Positions 47,770 to 57,793 of a stretch of 64,000 nt of DNA are shown here, piece after piece (the first letter of the stretch is position 1; the number at the start of each line of letters is the position of its first letter). The translations under genes were made by a program, and so were the position numbers. Below the pieces are notes generated by a model. The model had not been told where the DNA came from, made no database searches, and was given only the letters and a program-made list of their open reading frames with translations. The DNA is from an uncultured Clostridia bacterium (GTDB taxonomy: Bacteria > Bacillota > Clostridia > Oscillospirales > Ruminococcaceae): assembly GCA_947630555.1 (NCBI GenBank), contig CANRIA010000002.1, forward strand, positions 112,482 to 176,481. Reading direction: 5' to 3'.

Positions 47770-48681
47770 TTATTCGATTATCCGTACTTCACATTCAAGT
47801 GTGTAGCCTGTTTTCTCTTTGACAATTCTCTGAACATCTTGCAGAAGTGTTTTTATATCGCTGAAAGTGGCATTGTTTTTGTTGATAACAAATCCACAGT
47901 GCTTTTCTGATACCTGCGCGCCGCCGACTGTATAGCCTCTTAGCCCACATTCCTGAATAAGCTTGCCTGCAAAGCTGCCGACAGGTCTTTTAAAAGCCGA
48001 ACCTGCACTGGGGTATTCAAGCGGCTGTTTTGATTTTCTTCTTGACATAAATTCGTCCATTTTTCCTTTAATTTTATCACTGCTGCCCTTGCTTAGTTTA
48101 AGCCATGCTTTTGTGATTATATAACCGTTGCTTTGAAAAATACTGGTTCTGTAGCCGAGAGCCATTTCATCTATACTGAAAATGCGCTTGTCGCCGATTT
48201 CATTTATTGCTTCAGCCTTTGTAAGTACAAAAGACATCTCACCGTCATATGCACCTGCGTTCATAAATACCGCGCCGCCTACCGTTCCGGGTATGCCGTA
48301 TGCAAATTCAAGCCCCGAAAGGCTGTTATTAAGCGCAAACATACAAATCTGCCCCAAAGTACAGCCTGCTTCGACTTCAATGGTATCATCAGCAAGTGAA
48401 ATATTCTGAAAGTCTTTGCCAAGCAAAAGCACAGCGCCGTCAAACCCTTTATCTGAGCACAAAACGTTTGAGCCGTTGCCCAGCACAAGCTTTTTTACAT
48501 TCTCTTTACTGCAATATATAAGGCACTGCGAAAGCGCTTCAACGCTGTTTATAAATATCATAACTGCGCAATTGCCGCCTATCTTGAAAGTTGTGTGCCT
48601 GCTAAGCGGCTCCTGCGTAAGATATTTACAGCCGTGTTTTTCTGCAATATCAACAAGCGCATTAAGATGTTTTTCATTCAT
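47770..48681 (-). CDS. murB: UDP-N-acetylenolpyruvoylglucosamine reductase
   Basis: It has an FAD-binding PCMH domain (..TFKIGGN.., LGNGSNVL) and the MurB C-terminal domain. Confidence 0.92.
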   Translation of the reverse strand: MNEKHLNALVDIAEKHGCKYLTQEPLSRHTTFKIGGNCAVMIFINSVEALSQCLIYCSKENVKKLVLGNGSNVLCSDKGFDGAVLLLGKDFQNISLADDTIEVEAGCTLGQICMFALNNSLSGLEFAYGIPGTVGGAVFMNAGAYDGEMSFVLTKAEAINEIGDKRIFSIDEMALGYRTSIFQSNGYIITKAWLKLSKGSSDKIKGKMDEFMSRRKSKQPLEYPSAGSAFKRPVGSFAGKLIQECGLRGYTVGGAQVSEKHCGFVINKNNATFSDIKTLLQDVQRIVKEKTGYTLECEVRIIE

Positions 48682-48699
48682 AATAAAACCTCATAAGTA

Positions 48700-49428
48700 T
48701 TAGTCAAATAATATATCGGGGTGCTTTTTAAGTATGCGGTCTCTTATCGTTTCCCAGTGTGCGTTGGCTATGAGCCTTTCGGGAAAGTCTATGCTTTCTG
48801 CCATTTGCAAAGCTATGGGCGCTTTTCCGATAAGCTCATGAAAATGCGCATCTGTATTTATGCAAATCAAAGCATCATACTTTTTGCATAGCTTCATCAG
48901 CTCCAGCGCGTTTTCACGAGAGCCGCGCTTCCACATTATTGAGCTTTCATTTATCTCAATAAGCTTGTCGTATTCTTTGAATTTCTTAACGCACTTTTCC
49001 ATGTCATACTCAAAATTTGCGGTGGTCGGGTGACCTATCATATCTACATTTTCGTTTTCTGCAAGTTTAAGATAACCTCGCGTGTGCTCCTCAATATTTG
49101 AGGGCGCAAGAGTATATTTGTGATAAGATGCCACTATCCACTCTACAAAGCGGTAACTGTCTTTATCAAGGTCTAAAGTGCCGTCGTAGTCTACAACATT
49201 TGCCTCAGCGCCGTGCACCACATAAACCCCATTTATTTTATGCGGAAGTATCTTGTAATTATGAAAATGCCAGCAGTGCGGCGAATCCGGCATAGTGCCG
49301 ACATGATCTGTCATGCCCAATGCTTTTATTCCTGTGGCTGCCGCAAAAGTGCAGTTTTCAGTGATGGTTGAATATGCGTGCGTTGATGCAACTGTATGAG
49401 TGTGCATATCCGCTTCAAGTTTTATCAT
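48700..49428 (-). CDS. PHP-family phosphoesterase (YcdX-like)
   Basis: The N-terminus has DMHTHTVAS.HAYS, with further His/Asp metal ligands (MTDH, GAEANV, IGHP, NTDAH). Confidence 0.8.
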   Translation of the reverse strand: MIKLEADMHTHTVASTHAYSTITENCTFAAATGIKALGMTDHVGTMPDSPHCWHFHNYKILPHKINGVYVVHGAEANVVDYDGTLDLDKDSYRFVEWIVASYHKYTLAPSNIEEHTRGYLKLAENENVDMIGHPTTANFEYDMEKCVKKFKEYDKLIEINESSIMWKRGSRENALELMKLCKKYDALICINTDAHFHELIGKAPIALQMAESIDFPERLIANAHWETIRDRILKKHPDILFD

Positions 49429-49445
49429 TATATTTTCTCCTATCT

Positions 49446-50405
49446 TCAGAATGCTTCCCAGTCGTTTACCTTTTCCTGACCGTCCATTTGCAGACCGAGT
49501 TTATTCAGAAGTTCCTGTGCTGCATTATAGCCCATTTTCTTCTGACGGTTGTTCATAGCGGCAACTTCAATAATAACTGCCAAGTTTCTGCCCGGTTTTA
49601 TAGGTATGGTAAGGCTGGGCACTTTTATACCGAGAATGGAAGTATATTCGTTGTCAACACCCATTCTGTCATAAACTTTGGTATTGCTCCAAGTTTCAAG
49701 CTGAATTATAAGGTCAATTTTTTCTGATACTTTAACAGCGCCCATACCGAAAAGGCGGCGTGTATTTATGATGCCTATGCCGCGCAGTTCAAGAAAGTGC
49801 CTTATATTATCGGGCGACTGACCTACAAGGCTAATATTCGATACCTTGCGTATCTCTACCGCATCGTCGGCAATAAGTCTGTGACCTCTTTTTATAAGCT
49901 CTATAGCAGTTTCGCTTTTACCAACGCCGCTTTCGCCGACTATAAGTATTCCCTCACCGTAAACCTCTATAAGTACGCCGTGACGTGTTATCCTCGGCGC
50001 TAATCTCAGGTGCAGAAAGGCTATCAGTTCCGAAATAAAGTCTGATGTACTTTCATTTGTGCGCACTATCGGCACTTCATACTTTTCGGCACACTCGCTC
50101 ATTTCGGGGTAAAGCTCATGACCGCGGCAAATTGCAAACAGCGGTATTTTCTTGGAAAAAAGCATTTCTACCTTTTCACGCCTTGACTGCTCGTCAATAG
50201 ATGCCATATAAGCAAATTCCATATTTCCGCATATCTGCACTCTGTCAACGTTGAAATATTCATAAAAGCCCATAAGCTGAAGCCCCGGTCTGTTGCAGTC
50301 GTTGCATGAAATGTTTATCTTATCTGTCTCTTTGGGAGTATACACAACTTCAAGATTAAGTTCATCAACTATTTCTTTCAATGTTATGCTGTAATTGTCT
50401 GCCAT
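49446..50405 (-). CDS. hprK: HPr kinase/phosphorylase
   Basis: The start was trimmed to the ATG at 50405 after AAAGGTGA. The P-loop is GESGVGKSE, followed by LIADD. Confidence 0.92.
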   Translation of the reverse strand: MADNYSITLKEIVDELNLEVVYTPKETDKINISCNDCNRPGLQLMGFYEYFNVDRVQICGNMEFAYMASIDEQSRREKVEMLFSKKIPLFAICRGHELYPEMSECAEKYEVPIVRTNESTSDFISELIAFLHLRLAPRITRHGVLIEVYGEGILIVGESGVGKSETAIELIKRGHRLIADDAVEIRKVSNISLVGQSPDNIRHFLELRGIGIINTRRLFGMGAVKVSEKIDLIIQLETWSNTKVYDRMGVDNEYTSILGIKVPSLTIPIKPGRNLAVIIEVAAMNNRQKKMGYNAAQELLNKLGLQMDGQEKVNDWEAF

Positions 50406-50419
50406 ATTTATCACCTTTC

Positions 50420-51688
50420 TTAAAATTTTATAAGACCATTGTTTATCATTTCCTGAGCGGCTGTCATAACGCCTGCTTTGCCGCTTGCATATGTAAGACC
50501 GCCTTGCAGCCACGCAGCAAACGGAGGACGTATCGGTGCATCTGCCGAAAGTTCAATAGATGCGCCCATTGTAAATGCGCCTGCCGCCATTATCACTTTG
50601 CTTTCATACCCCGGCATATCCCACGCTTCTGGGGTAACAAAGCTGTCAACAGGCGAGCCTTTCTGTATTCCCTGACAAAACGCTACAAGGTTTTCCTCGT
50701 TGCCAAGCAATATTGACGAAATTATATCCGTTCTCGTTTCGCTGCTTTTTGGCAGAGTAACAAAACCAAGTTTCTCAAAAAGCCTGCAAGCAAACACCGA
50801 AGTTTTCAGCGCGTTTGCCGTGACCTCTGGGGCGAAGAAGAAGCCCAGCAGCATTTCCCTGCTCTGTCCCAAAGTGCAGCCTATCTCTTTGCCCATGCCA
50901 ACGCAGGTCAGCCTGTCGGCGCATTTGTTTACAAGATCTTTCTTTCCTGCAATATATCCCCCTGTTGAGGCTATGCCGCCGCCGGGATTTTTTATAAGCG
51001 AGCCTATTATAAGGTCAGCGCCGACGGAAAGAGGCTCATTTTTCTCTACAAACTCACCGTAGCAGTTATCTACCATAACTATAATATCGCTGTTTGCGCT
51101 TTTTGCGACATTTGCAATTTTGCCTATAGTTTCAACGGTAAGCGAAGGTCTTAAAGAATAGCCTCTCGAGCGCTGAATATAGCACACTTTTGCTTTTTTT
51201 GACATCTGCGCTATCATGTCAAAGTCTGGCGTGCCGTCTTCAAGAAGATCGACCTGCGCATACTTAACGCCGAAATCTGCAAGAGAGCCGCTGCCAAGGC
51301 TGCCGCGCAAGCCTATAACTTCTTCAAGGGTATCATATGGCTTACCGGTAGCTGCAAGCATTGTGTCACCGCTGCGCAAAACACCGAACAGCGCGGTAGA
51401 AAGTGCATGAGTGCCGTTTACAAATGTATGCCGCACAAGCGCATCTTCACCGCCGAAAGCCTGCGCAAAAACTTTATCTAATGCTTCTCTGCCGCAGTCG
51501 TCATAGCCATAGCCCGTTGTGCCTTTAAGGCTGCTCTCGCTAACTCGGTTGTCAATAAAAGCTTTAAGCACCTTCTGACCGTTATAAGCGGCTGTTTCAG
51601 CAATTTTGCTAAACTGCTCTGCACATTCGCGCTCGCTCTCATCAGCAAGATTTACAAGCTTTTCATCAAATTCAAAAATGTTTTCCAA
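50420..51688 (-). CDS. PLP-dependent Met-gamma-lyase-family protein (YnbB / aluminium-resistance-protein family)
   Basis: The N-terminal pattern (..GYGYDD.GR..LD.VFA..F..E.ALVR...) and the length are typical of this family. Confidence 0.75.
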   Translation of the reverse strand: MENIFEFDEKLVNLADESERECAEQFSKIAETAAYNGQKVLKAFIDNRVSESSLKGTTGYGYDDCGREALDKVFAQAFGGEDALVRHTFVNGTHALSTALFGVLRSGDTMLAATGKPYDTLEEVIGLRGSLGSGSLADFGVKYAQVDLLEDGTPDFDMIAQMSKKAKVCYIQRSRGYSLRPSLTVETIGKIANVAKSANSDIIVMVDNCYGEFVEKNEPLSVGADLIIGSLIKNPGGGIASTGGYIAGKKDLVNKCADRLTCVGMGKEIGCTLGQSREMLLGFFFAPEVTANALKTSVFACRLFEKLGFVTLPKSSETRTDIISSILLGNEENLVAFCQGIQKGSPVDSFVTPEAWDMPGYESKVIMAAGAFTMGASIELSADAPIRPPFAAWLQGGLTYASGKAGVMTAAQEMINNGLIKF

Positions 51689-51691
51689 ATT

Positions 51692-52477
51692 TTATTCCTC
51701 ACTTTTTCTGTCAAGTACATGGTCTACGCTAATCTCTTTAAAGCCTATCTCTTCATAGTAGCTTTTACGGTGGTTTCTTGCAAACAGATAAACCGTTATG
51801 CCGTCTATGTTCAGTTTTTCGCCTATCCAGTAAAGCAGGCTGCGCGCATACATTTTGCCGCGATACTGCGGCAGCGTTGCCACCTGACCTATAAGCGCCT
51901 TTTTATTGACTATATACTGTATAGTTGCCGTTGTACAATTGTTAAGTATAAACGCCTGCGCGTAACCCCTGCGTATGCGGTGAGAAGTGTCTGTCAGCCA
52001 AGTTTCATAGCACTGTGCAAGGTTGGGAAAGCCCGTTTTAAGTATATCAAAAACATCATCAAGCCTAGGAAATTCGTTTATATTAAGCTGCGGCAGCTGA
52101 TTGCTGCACACAAACTCAAACTGATGCCTCTCGCCCAGCGTGTAGTCATCTTCTACATAGGCGATAAGCCTTTGTGAATATTCGTCAGCGATCTCGGCGG
52201 TCTGCGTCTTGTTGGTTCTTATAAGAAACGCAATATCTTCAAGCGCTTCGTCGTCAAACTGCTTGCCTTTGTAACATTCGGCAATCAGCGAGCTGTTGAA
52301 TATGCTTACAATGCCCTTTTCCTCGCCGTCCGAAAATACATAAAAGAATCTGCAAAAATCATACTTTATGCGGTATGCATCGAAGTGCGATATTATTTTG
52401 CGCGAATAATGGCTTTCTTTCAACATTCGCAGCTTTGTTTTGAATTCTGTTGCTTCCGTTAATACTTGTTTTATCAT
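51692..52477 (-). CDS. GNAT-family acetyltransferase-like protein
   Basis: The C-terminus has the motif-A-like segment IGQVATLPQYRGKMYARSLL. The N-terminal half is uncharacterised. Confidence 0.55.
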   Translation of the reverse strand: MIKQVLTEATEFKTKLRMLKESHYSRKIISHFDAYRIKYDFCRFFYVFSDGEEKGIVSIFNSSLIAECYKGKQFDDEALEDIAFLIRTNKTQTAEIADEYSQRLIAYVEDDYTLGERHQFEFVCSNQLPQLNINEFPRLDDVFDILKTGFPNLAQCYETWLTDTSHRIRRGYAQAFILNNCTTATIQYIVNKKALIGQVATLPQYRGKMYARSLLYWIGEKLNIDGITVYLFARNHRKSYYEEIGFKEISVDHVLDRKSEE

Positions 52478-53499
52478 ATAGTAATTATCCTGTCCAAAAG
52501 TTTCTTTGTAAGTCTGTATGTGCTTTCAATGTCGTTTACATCTGCAACGCAGCTTGCACTGTGAAGATATCTGCACGGCACCGAGATGGCACAAGTCTTT
52601 ACGCCCGAACGCGAAATGTGTATCGCTCCGGCATCATTGCCCCCTGCGACCTTTGTTTTTGTCTGGCAGGGTATGTCGTTTGCTTTTGCGGTTTCAAATG
52701 CAAGGTCATAAAGCTGCTTGTCGTATATCGTGTGCCTGTCCATAAAAGATACTACCGCGCCTTTGCCAAGCTCACAAACTCTTTCATCACCCTGCGAAGG
52801 AGGTATATCGGCGGCTGTGGTGGTCTCTAAAACTATTGAAATGTCAGGCGCTATGGTGTATGCCGCACAGGTCGAGCCGCGAAGCCCTATTTCCTCCTGC
52901 ACTACAAACGCAAAATATGTGTCGTATTCAACGCCCTCGTCTATCATTCTCAGCATAATTGCACAGCCTGCTCGGTCGTCTATAGCTTTTGAGCATATCT
53001 TGTCTTTGCCAAGGCAGAGAAATTCACTGCAAAATGTTCCCATATCGCCGAGAGAAACCAGTCTTTCTGCCTCTTCTTTTGAAGATGTGCCTATATCGGC
53101 AGTCATATTTTCAAATTTGACCGTCTTTTTGCGTTCATCAGCAGAAAGATTGTGAACAGCTTTTCCGCCTATGACAGCAATTTTGCCGTTTATTTTGATT
53201 CGCCTGCCGAAAACCACCTGCTCATCTACACCGCCCACGGGAGCAATTTTTATTGTGCCGTCGCTGTTTATATGTGTTACAATAAACCCTACCTCGTCCA
53301 TGTGTGCGGAGATCATGACTTTTTTGGCGGCAGGTTTTTTGCCTTTCACAAAAGCAATAACGTTGCCAAGATTATCTGTGGTTATGCTCTCAGCTTTGCC
53401 ATTGAGCCTGCTTATTATATACTCTCTTACTTTGTCCTCACGCCCCGAAACGCCGTCAATGGCGCATAAAGCGCGTATTTCATTTATCATATCGGTCAT
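52474..53499 (-). CDS. M42-family metallopeptidase (glutamyl aminopeptidase / FrvX-like)
   Basis: Motifs SAHMDEVGF, DDRAGC, VQEEIGLRG and the C-terminal H ligand segment are present. Confidence 0.85.
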   Translation of the reverse strand: MTDMINEIRALCAIDGVSGREDKVREYIISRLNGKAESITTDNLGNVIAFVKGKKPAAKKVMISAHMDEVGFIVTHINSDGTIKIAPVGGVDEQVVFGRRIKINGKIAVIGGKAVHNLSADERKKTVKFENMTADIGTSSKEEAERLVSLGDMGTFCSEFLCLGKDKICSKAIDDRAGCAIMLRMIDEGVEYDTYFAFVVQEEIGLRGSTCAAYTIAPDISIVLETTTAADIPPSQGDERVCELGKGAVVSFMDRHTIYDKQLYDLAFETAKANDIPCQTKTKVAGGNDAGAIHISRSGVKTCAISVPCRYLHSASCVADVNDIESTYRLTKKLLDRIITI

Positions 53500-53510
53500 T
53501 TATATCACCA

Positions 53511-54530
53511 CTATTTTATATATTCATATATCAGCCGCGCCGTGTTTTCTATATCGCGCATATCAACAACTTCAACAGGCGTGTGCATATGCTTCAGCGG
53601 AACCGATAGAGTAACAGTTTTTGCGCCGCCTTTGCTTATGCCTATAGCATCTGCGTTAGTGCCCGTTTTGCCGCTCATTACTTCTATCTGATACGGAATA
53701 TTTTTTTCTTTCGCAATATTTATAAGCTCGTCTGACATTTCTCCGCTAAGAGAGGGCGCAATGCCTATCATGCCGCCATTTTCGCACACGCCGCAGTCAG
53801 CTGCATCTTCGCCGTGGGTTAGCCCGAAAGATACATCTACAACAATAGCTTTGTCGCAATCGACTGTAAAAGCACCCGTTTTTGCGCCGCGCTCCCCTAC
53901 TTCTTCCTGAACAGAAAGCAAAACGCATACGTTATATTTAGTATCTACATTTTCAAGCATATCTGCGGCAAGAATTACGGCCGCGCAGCCTGCCCTGTTA
54001 TCAAGCGCGTGGGAAGTAACAAAGCTGCCTTCCAGCCTTTCAAGACGGTTATAAATACACACCCTGTCACCGAGTGAAATTATTTCTTTTGCATCTTCGC
54101 CCGTCATGCCTGTGTCTATATAAATTTCAGAAATATCAGCAGTGGCAGAACTCTCTTTTTTCAGGTGCGGCGGAGTAGAAGCAATAACGCCGTCAACGAT
54201 TTTTTTGCCGTATATCTTCACAGTCTGACCAGTCAGCACCCTGTTATCAATGCCGCCGACGTTTGAAACTTTAAGAAAGCCGTCATCGGTAATATAGGTA
54301 ACTATCATTCCTATCTCGTCAATATGCGCATCGAGAAGCAGTGTCGGCTTGCTGTTGTCAAACTTTCCTACCTTGCAAAGCACATTGCCAAGAACGTCAA
54401 TGTTTGTTTCACCATATTTACTCAGTATTTCTTTTGCATACTGCGCCGCACTGTTTTCAGCTCCCGAAACGCCGTTTTTCTCTACAAGAGCTTTCAAAAG
54501 CTCATAAGTATCAAGACCCATAAATTTCAC
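53511..54530 (-). CDS. M42-family metallopeptidase, second paralogue
   Basis: Motifs DAHIDEIGM, LDNRAGC and VQEEVGERG are present. Confidence 0.85.
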   Translation of the reverse strand: MKFMGLDTYELLKALVEKNGVSGAENSAAQYAKEILSKYGETNIDVLGNVLCKVGKFDNSKPTLLLDAHIDEIGMIVTYITDDGFLKVSNVGGIDNRVLTGQTVKIYGKKIVDGVIASTPPHLKKESSATADISEIYIDTGMTGEDAKEIISLGDRVCIYNRLERLEGSFVTSHALDNRAGCAAVILAADMLENVDTKYNVCVLLSVQEEVGERGAKTGAFTVDCDKAIVVDVSFGLTHGEDAADCGVCENGGMIGIAPSLSGEMSDELINIAKEKNIPYQIEVMSGKTGTNADAIGISKGGAKTVTLSVPLKHMHTPVEVVDMRDIENTARLIYEYIK

Positions 54531-54533
54531 CTG

Positions 54534-55928
54534 TTATTTAAGTTCATTCACACATTGTTTGAAATGCTTGCCGCGTTCTTCAAACATTCTGTACATATCA
54601 AAACTTGCGCACGCCGGCGAGAGCGAAACAATATCGCCCGGCACTGCGTTATCATGCGCCGCCTGAACAGCTTCTTGCATATTTGCAACACGGATTATCT
54701 TTATTCCGCTGTCTTTAAATAGAGGCGATGCAGTTACAGCGTCCTGTATTTTCTGCGCTGTCTGCCCCATAAGTATAAGCACCTTGCACTTTTGGCAGAT
54801 AGGGTCAGCCATAGGTTCAAACGATATGCCCTTATCAGAGCCGCCTTGAATAAGTATCTGTTTCTGGTCGAATGATGCAAGGCAGGCTAGCACTCTTGTC
54901 GGGCTGGAGGCAATTGAATTGTTGTAATACTTAACGCCGTCAAGTTCGCGGACAAATTCTATCCTGTGCTCAACGCCTGCAAACTCTTTGGCTGTCTTTT
55001 TTACCGTTTCGGGAGATACCTCCGGGTAGGTCATCGCAATTGCGGTCAGGTAATTTTCAACATTGTGCATACCGGGTATGCGTATGTCGTCTTTGTGGCA
55101 GTATTCTGTTATATTGCCGTGGTCGTTATAACAAAGCATACCGTCATCACGCAAAAATGCGCCGTTATCCACCTTTACCCTGCGGCTGAAATACCGAAGG
55201 TCTCCCCTTACTATATCGCAAAGCTTACGCGCAGTCTCGTTATCATAGCTGAGTACAGCGCGTGAAAAAGCATTCTGGTGCAACAAAAGATTGCATTTTG
55301 CGCCTATATATTCTTCCATAGTGCCATGCACGTTAAGATGATTCGGCGTTATATTCGTGATGCCTGCAACATCAGGCGATTCGCGCATTGAAAGCAACTG
55401 AAAGCTTGAAAGCTCAACAACCGCTACATCATCTTCTTTAACGCTCTCTATCATCGGCAGCAGCGCCTTGCCTATATTGCCGCCAAGATGCACATTCTTT
55501 CCTTCAGCCTTGAAAAACTCAGACACCAAAGTCGTTGTGGTGGTCTTGCCGTCTGAGCCCGTTATTGCATATATCTTGCAGGGGCACAGGTCAAAGAAAG
55601 CCTCAGTTTCCGAAGTTACAACTATCCCCTTTTGTCGTGCCTGCATAAGCGCAGGCGAATTATAATACATACCGGGCGTGCGGAAGATAACGTCGCATCT
55701 GAGCATTTCGTCAAGGTAGCCCTCACCCAGCGCAAACTTCGCGCCGAGGCTTTCAAGTTCATTGTAAAGGTTTGTGCCAAATTTTTCCTTATCCGCCTTA
55801 TCACACACGGTAACGTCTATACCCTTTGAAAGGAAAAGCTTTATCATATCAAGGTGGCTTACCCCTGCGCCTATAACGGCAATTTTCCTGCTTTTAAGCC
55901 CTTCAAAAAATCTTTCTGTCTTTGTCAT
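54534..55928 (-). CDS. murD: UDP-N-acetylmuramoylalanine--D-glutamate ligase
   Basis: It has an N-terminal Rossmann fold (VIGAGVS), the Mur ligase P-loop ITGSDGKTTTT, and the C-terminal domain. Confidence 0.9.
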   Translation of the reverse strand: MTKTERFFEGLKSRKIAVIGAGVSHLDMIKLFLSKGIDVTVCDKADKEKFGTNLYNELESLGAKFALGEGYLDEMLRCDVIFRTPGMYYNSPALMQARQKGIVVTSETEAFFDLCPCKIYAITGSDGKTTTTTLVSEFFKAEGKNVHLGGNIGKALLPMIESVKEDDVAVVELSSFQLLSMRESPDVAGITNITPNHLNVHGTMEEYIGAKCNLLLHQNAFSRAVLSYDNETARKLCDIVRGDLRYFSRRVKVDNGAFLRDDGMLCYNDHGNITEYCHKDDIRIPGMHNVENYLTAIAMTYPEVSPETVKKTAKEFAGVEHRIEFVRELDGVKYYNNSIASSPTRVLACLASFDQKQILIQGGSDKGISFEPMADPICQKCKVLILMGQTAQKIQDAVTASPLFKDSGIKIIRVANMQEAVQAAHDNAVPGDIVSLSPACASFDMYRMFEERGKHFKQCVNELK

Positions 55929-56186
55929 ATTGCTCTTTTCTCCTTGTCTTATGTCAATTTATAGTTATACACTCTTATATTATATAACATTTTAAGAAAA
56001 ATAGCAATATTTTTTATACAAAAAAGATGAAAAGCCGTATGCATATCGTAAAAATATATTGACCGATATTTAAAATTTTTGTAAAATAAACAGAAATCAA
56101 TATTTAGGTATTGTAAATTAAGTTTAAATAAGTTATAATCTATATATAGACGTGGGCTGCTGCCCTTCAAAAACGCGGAGAGGATA

Positions 56187-57338
56187 ATGGTTATGGAAAA
56201 AAATGATATGCTGTTTAATCAGCAGGACAAAGTGGCTAATCTTGGAATTATTGCAATGAACGGTACTCAGGAACTTGCCGAAAAGATCAACAGATACCTT
56301 GTTGAATGGTACAAGCAAGGCGGCTCGGAGCAGGATTCATATCTTGTGGAGACCGACTGCCCAAGGTTTTCTTCGGGTGACGGCAAGGCGCTTATTAAAT
56401 CTACCGTTCGCGGCGACGACCTGTTTATACTGTGCGATGTGGGAAATTACAATGTAAAGTACGATATGTTCGGCTCGCACAACTCAATGTCGCCCGATGA
56501 CCATTATCAGGATCTTAAAAGACTTATACAGGCGGCAGGCGGCAAGGCTCACCGCATAAACGTTATAATGCCGATACTTTACGGCGGCAGACAGCACAGA
56601 AGAAGCTACCGCGAATCTCTTGACTGCGCCGTGGCTCTTCAGGAACTAGAGTCAATGGGCGTTGCGAATATCATAACTTTTGATGCACACGATCCGCGCG
56701 TTCAAAATGCCATACCCCTTATGGGTTTTGACAACGTTATTCCCACCTATCAGGTACTGAAAGCGCTGTTCAGGGCTATACCCGATATAAACGTTGACAA
56801 GGAACACTTCATGATAGTTTCACCCGATGAGGGCGCTATAAACAGGAATATGTACTATGCCTCCGTTCTGGGCGTTGACCTTGGTATGTTCTATAAAAGG
56901 CGTGATTATTCGGTAATTGTAAATGGCCGCAACCCTATTGTTGCACATGAGTTTCTCGGCAATTCGGTAGGCGGTAAAGACGTTTTCATAGCCGACGACA
57001 TAATATCTTCGGGCGAATCAATGCTTGAAGTTGCCGCCGAGCTTAAAAAGAGAGACGCGCGCAAAATTTACGCTTATGCTACATATCCTCTGTTTACTAA
57101 TGGTCTTTCGCTGTTTGACGAGGCATACAACAAAGGCATGATCGACGGCGTGTTCGGCACTAACCTGACATACAGAACACCGGAGCTTTTGTCAAGAGAG
57201 TGGTTCCACGAGGTCGACTGTGCAAAATACATAGCTTACTTTATAGCTTCGCTCAACCATGATCTTTCTATATCCGCAATAATTGATCCGCACGAAAAAA
57301 TAACCTCTCTGCTGAAAAATACAGGCAGGCTGAAATAA
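56187..57338 (+). CDS. prs: Ribose-phosphate pyrophosphokinase (long form, 383 aa)
   Basis: The PRPP-binding loop is VFIADDIISSGESM, with the flexible-loop and FDAHD motifs. It is longer than the classical enzyme of about 315 aa. Confidence 0.85.
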   Translation: MVMEKNDMLFNQQDKVANLGIIAMNGTQELAEKINRYLVEWYKQGGSEQDSYLVETDCPRFSSGDGKALIKSTVRGDDLFILCDVGNYNVKYDMFGSHNSMSPDDHYQDLKRLIQAAGGKAHRINVIMPILYGGRQHRRSYRESLDCAVALQELESMGVANIITFDAHDPRVQNAIPLMGFDNVIPTYQVLKALFRAIPDINVDKEHFMIVSPDEGAINRNMYYASVLGVDLGMFYKRRDYSVIVNGRNPIVAHEFLGNSVGGKDVFIADDIISSGESMLEVAAELKKRDARKIYAYATYPLFTNGLSLFDEAYNKGMIDGVFGTNLTYRTPELLSREWFHEVDCAKYIAYFIASLNHDLSISAIIDPHEKITSLLKNTGRLK

Positions 57339-57350
57339 CCAAACATAACT

Positions 57351-57386
57351 AACTCCCGATACTTAATGCGGTATCGGGAGTTTTTT
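57351..57386. terminator. Bidirectional terminator between prs and the convergent small genes
   Basis: The perfect 12-bp stem aactcccgatac/gtatcgggagtt has an 8-nt loop and a T-run. Confidence 0.75.
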
Positions 57387-57558
57387 ATTTCATGCCTTTA
57401 AGTTTTTGTATAATTCTTACGTTTTCAAAAATATTGGTCTGCAAAAGCTGTTCAAGCGCGGTGTCGCTCACTTTTGTTATCGCTGTGCACATACTTATAA
57501 GCTGTGAGGCGTTGTTTTCTATAAGCATAGAAATAATATCTTTGTCACTTTGTTTCAT
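57385..57558 (-). CDS. Small helical protein (57 aa; below the ORF-track cutoff), partner of the upstream CotF-like gene
   Basis: I translated it by hand as MKQSDKDIISMLIENNASQLISMCTAITKVSDTALEQLLQTNIFENVRIIQKLKGMK. Its ATG overlaps the upstream stop (ATGA). Confidence 0.45.
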   Translation of the reverse strand: MKQSDKDIISMLIENNASQLISMCTAITKVSDTALEQLLQTNIFENVRIIQKLKGMK

Positions 57559-57749
57559 TCTCCGCCCTCCAGAATGCCCAGCATGGCGTTGTACTGATTT
57601 CTGTGCTGTGCAAGCAGACTTTGAACATCACTTCTAAGCTGCGGTTCGCGTATCTGCTGCAAATAGTTCTCGTATTTTTCTATAAGCTCACTTTCTCTGG
57701 CTATTACCGACTGCAAAATGTTAAGATCGTTCTTTTCAAGCATTGCCAT
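57555..57749 (-). CDS. Small helical protein (64 aa), tentative spore-coat CotF-like
   Basis: ATG at 57749 lies 5 nt after GGAGG. The sequence L..NDLNILQSVIARESELIEKYENYL..I..PQLR..VQSLL loosely fits the Coat-F pattern. Confidence 0.45.
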   Translation of the reverse strand: MAMLEKNDLNILQSVIARESELIEKYENYLQQIREPQLRSDVQSLLAQHRNQYNAMLGILEGGE

Positions 57750-57793
57750 GACCTCCGTATCAGATATACATAATATATCCGAAAGGTCATTAT

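Noticed and set aside
56187-57338. The long (383-aa) PRPP synthetase as something unusual.
   Set aside because: All the catalytic motifs are present. Long-form Prs paralogues are, as far as I recall, common in Clostridia, and nothing in the sequence suggests a fusion or a novel domain.
57392-57637. An 81-aa plus-strand ORF after prs.
   Set aside because: It begins just downstream of the prs terminator (57351-57386). It is antisense to two RBS-equipped, translationally coupled minus-strand mini-genes.
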